From contig OZ024740.1 of the NCBI GenBank assembly GCA_964016885.1, positions 51,398,001-51,462,000 on the forward strand: a DNA stretch of 64,000 nucleotides. Direction: 5' to 3'. Origin of the DNA: Eledone cirrhosa. Its lineage: Eukaryota. A model generated the notes under the pieces. That model was not told where the DNA came from. It ran no database searches and saw only the letters and a list, made by a program, of their open reading frames with translations. Of the stretch, positions 61,630 to 64,000 are shown piece by piece. The position numbers and the translations under genes are program-made. Within the stretch, counting starts at the first letter, position 1. Each line of letters begins with the position of its first letter.

Positions 61630-64000
61630 TCATCATCATTTTACGTCCGCTTTTCCCTGCTTGCAAGGGTGGGATGGGTCTTATTCAGCACAGCATCTCT
61701 CCACTCATCACGGTCCTTTGTCATCTCCACCGTGAGCTTCAATGATCTGAGGTCTGTTCTCACCACCTCCGCCCATGTTTTTCGTGGTCTACCTCTACCA
61801 CGTCTTCCTTCAACTGGCATTTCCTGGCACTTCTTCACCCATCGGTCATCCTCCATGCGCATCACATGTCCATACCACCTCAGTCTCCTCTCCCGTACAC
61901 TACATTCTATCCCTCTCAGACACAGTTTCTCTCTCAACACATTTATGCTGGGTCATTTACGCACATTTACACTGCACATCCAACGGAGCATGCTTACCTC
62001 ATTTCTCTCCAGCCGTCGCATATCCTCTGCAGTTGCTGCCCATGTCTCACTACCATGCAGCATTGCGCTCCTCACACAGGCATCATACAACCAGCCTTTC
62101 GTACGCAGGGAGAAACCCTTCTTCATCAGCAGAGGAAGCAGCTCCCTAAACTTCTTCCAACCCGTCCTTATTCTAGATACTATGGCCTCGGAACACCCTC
62201 CTCCCATGCTAATCTGATCTTCTAGGTACCGGAAGCTATCCACCACTTCTATAGCGCCCTCCTGCATTTGAAAAATGTGTCTATCAATGCGACTTCTACT
62301 GTCTAATTTCCCTGTACATCTACTGCATACGTATTTCTCCCTACCTGTTAGTTTGCCTGCTATTCCGCTACATCTCTTGTGTACCCAGGATTTTCATTGT
62401 GTGCATTTTATAGAATTTATGCCAGTTCCTTTTCTGCATATCGAACATGGCCATTTCCCTGACGGGATCAGGGTTTTGTCCTCTTTTCTACTCATCAACA
62501 CTTTTGTCTTAGCTAGGTTCACTCTCAGTCCTCTTGCTTCCAACTGCTGTTTCCATAGCCAGAATTTATTCTCTAGCTCCTCTACTGATTCTGCTATAAG
62601 AACCAGATCGTCAACATAGAGAAGTTCCCATGGACAGCCAGTCTTAAACTCCTCTGTTATGGCTTGGAGGACTATAATGAAGAAGAGCGGGTCGAGGACC
62701 GAACCTTGATGTACTCCTACTTGTATCTGGAATTCCTCACTAAACTCCATTCCTACCCTGACTTTACTGAGAGTACCTCTGTACAAAGTTTGCACTGTCC
62801 TCACAAGCCATTCCTCAACACCTAGCTTCCTTAGGGACCACCAGATGACAGATTGGGATACCCTATCAAAGGCCTTCTCTAGGTCAACAAAGGCTAAGTA
62901 TAGTGGCTTATTTTTCTCTAAGAACCTCTCTTGCAATTGTCTCACCAAGAAGAGGGTATCTGTTGTACTCTTCCCAGGCACAAAACCAAACTGCATCTCA
63001 TCTAGTTTGACCCTTTCTCTAATTAGTTGTGCTAATATCCTTTCTGCCACTTTCATAACCTGATCTATCAGTTTTATACCCCTATAATTGCTCCTCTCCA
63101 GAGCATCCCCTTTACCTTTGTAGCAATTTATGAGAATACTGCTGCACCAGTCTTTGGGTATGACACCACCATATATAGCCTGATTGATGATGCGTGCAAC
63201 CAGTTTAGTGCCTACGTCCCCTGATGCCTTCATCATCTCAGCAACTATTCCCGATGGTCCAGCAGCCTTACCATTTTTCATTTCCCTAATCGCCTCTTGG
63301 ACCCTATATTCGTCAATCTCAATAGCTGGTCCCTCTGTCGGATCTACTAAGGGTAATTTCTCTCTCTCCCATTCGTTCTCCACATTCATCAGTCTCTCAT
63401 AATGACATTTCCAGGCCTCCATTTTCTGATCATTCGTGACACTAAGTAGACCGGCATCATCCCAGACACATTTATCTCCAACAACATCCTGATTTGCATT
63501 GACACATTGCCTTGCAATGTGGAACACCGCACGCCTCTGATCTTCCCGTCGCAGAACATTGGCAAACCTCCTACTCTCCGCCTCCCTGCGTGCTAAGTAC
63601 ACCTGACGTCTAGCTTCTCTCTTAGTGGCTGTATATTCTTCCCTACTCCCACCCTTTTTCCAAGCCTTCCATGCTAGTCTCTAATGGCCTTATCTACTGT
63701 ACTGTTCCACCACCAGGTCGCTCTCTGTCTGGTTGGAGCTCTGCTCCAGCCACAAGTTTCATCAGTAGCCTGCAGCAAGTTGTCATGTAAGAAATTCCAG
63801 TTATTATCTATGTTATACGTCTCTAAATCGTCTTCTTTTTCGTCATATACATCTTGAAGGGCTTTCCTAAATTTGTATTTTAGTGAAAGGTCTTTTATCT
63901 TCCAGACCTTTCTTCTCCACACCTTCCTATATGTCTCATTCCATCTCTTGCTTACTGAGATATCACTAACGACTAACCTATGCTGAGGGGTACATTCTTC
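61625..64000 (-). mobile_element. RTE LINE family B copy, running off the window end
   Basis: Near-identical to 38325-40700 in reverse orientation. Confidence 0.95.

Overview
AT-rich, microsatellite- and transposon-dense metazoan genomic DNA. The tRNA-derived SINEs and RTE LINEs point to a cephalopod such as Octopus (inference). Four host genes are supported: complete RPL3 (minus, 8 exons, 402 aa), complete NDUFB10 (plus, 4 exons, 163 aa) arranged head-to-head with RPL3, an intronless rhodopsin-class GPCR (minus, 328 aa), and an orphan single-exon ORF (minus, 276 aa). The first 9.7 kb is a nest of Ty3/Gypsy elements. The rest holds four large RTE LINE copies from two families (each with an internal PHD-like finger), CR1, CRE and Helitron fragments, a Penelope-like element with hammerhead-bearing inverted repeats, MITEs and many SINEs. 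The strongest signals are in the RPL3 introns: a strong alternative 3' splice site in intron 3 that creates a premature stop (candidate NMD autoregulation), a candidate H/ACA snoRNA in intron 7, and an unidentified ~255-nt structured RNA candidate in intron 2. All calls were made by eye, and repeat boundaries are approximate unless a TSD or splice site is cited.
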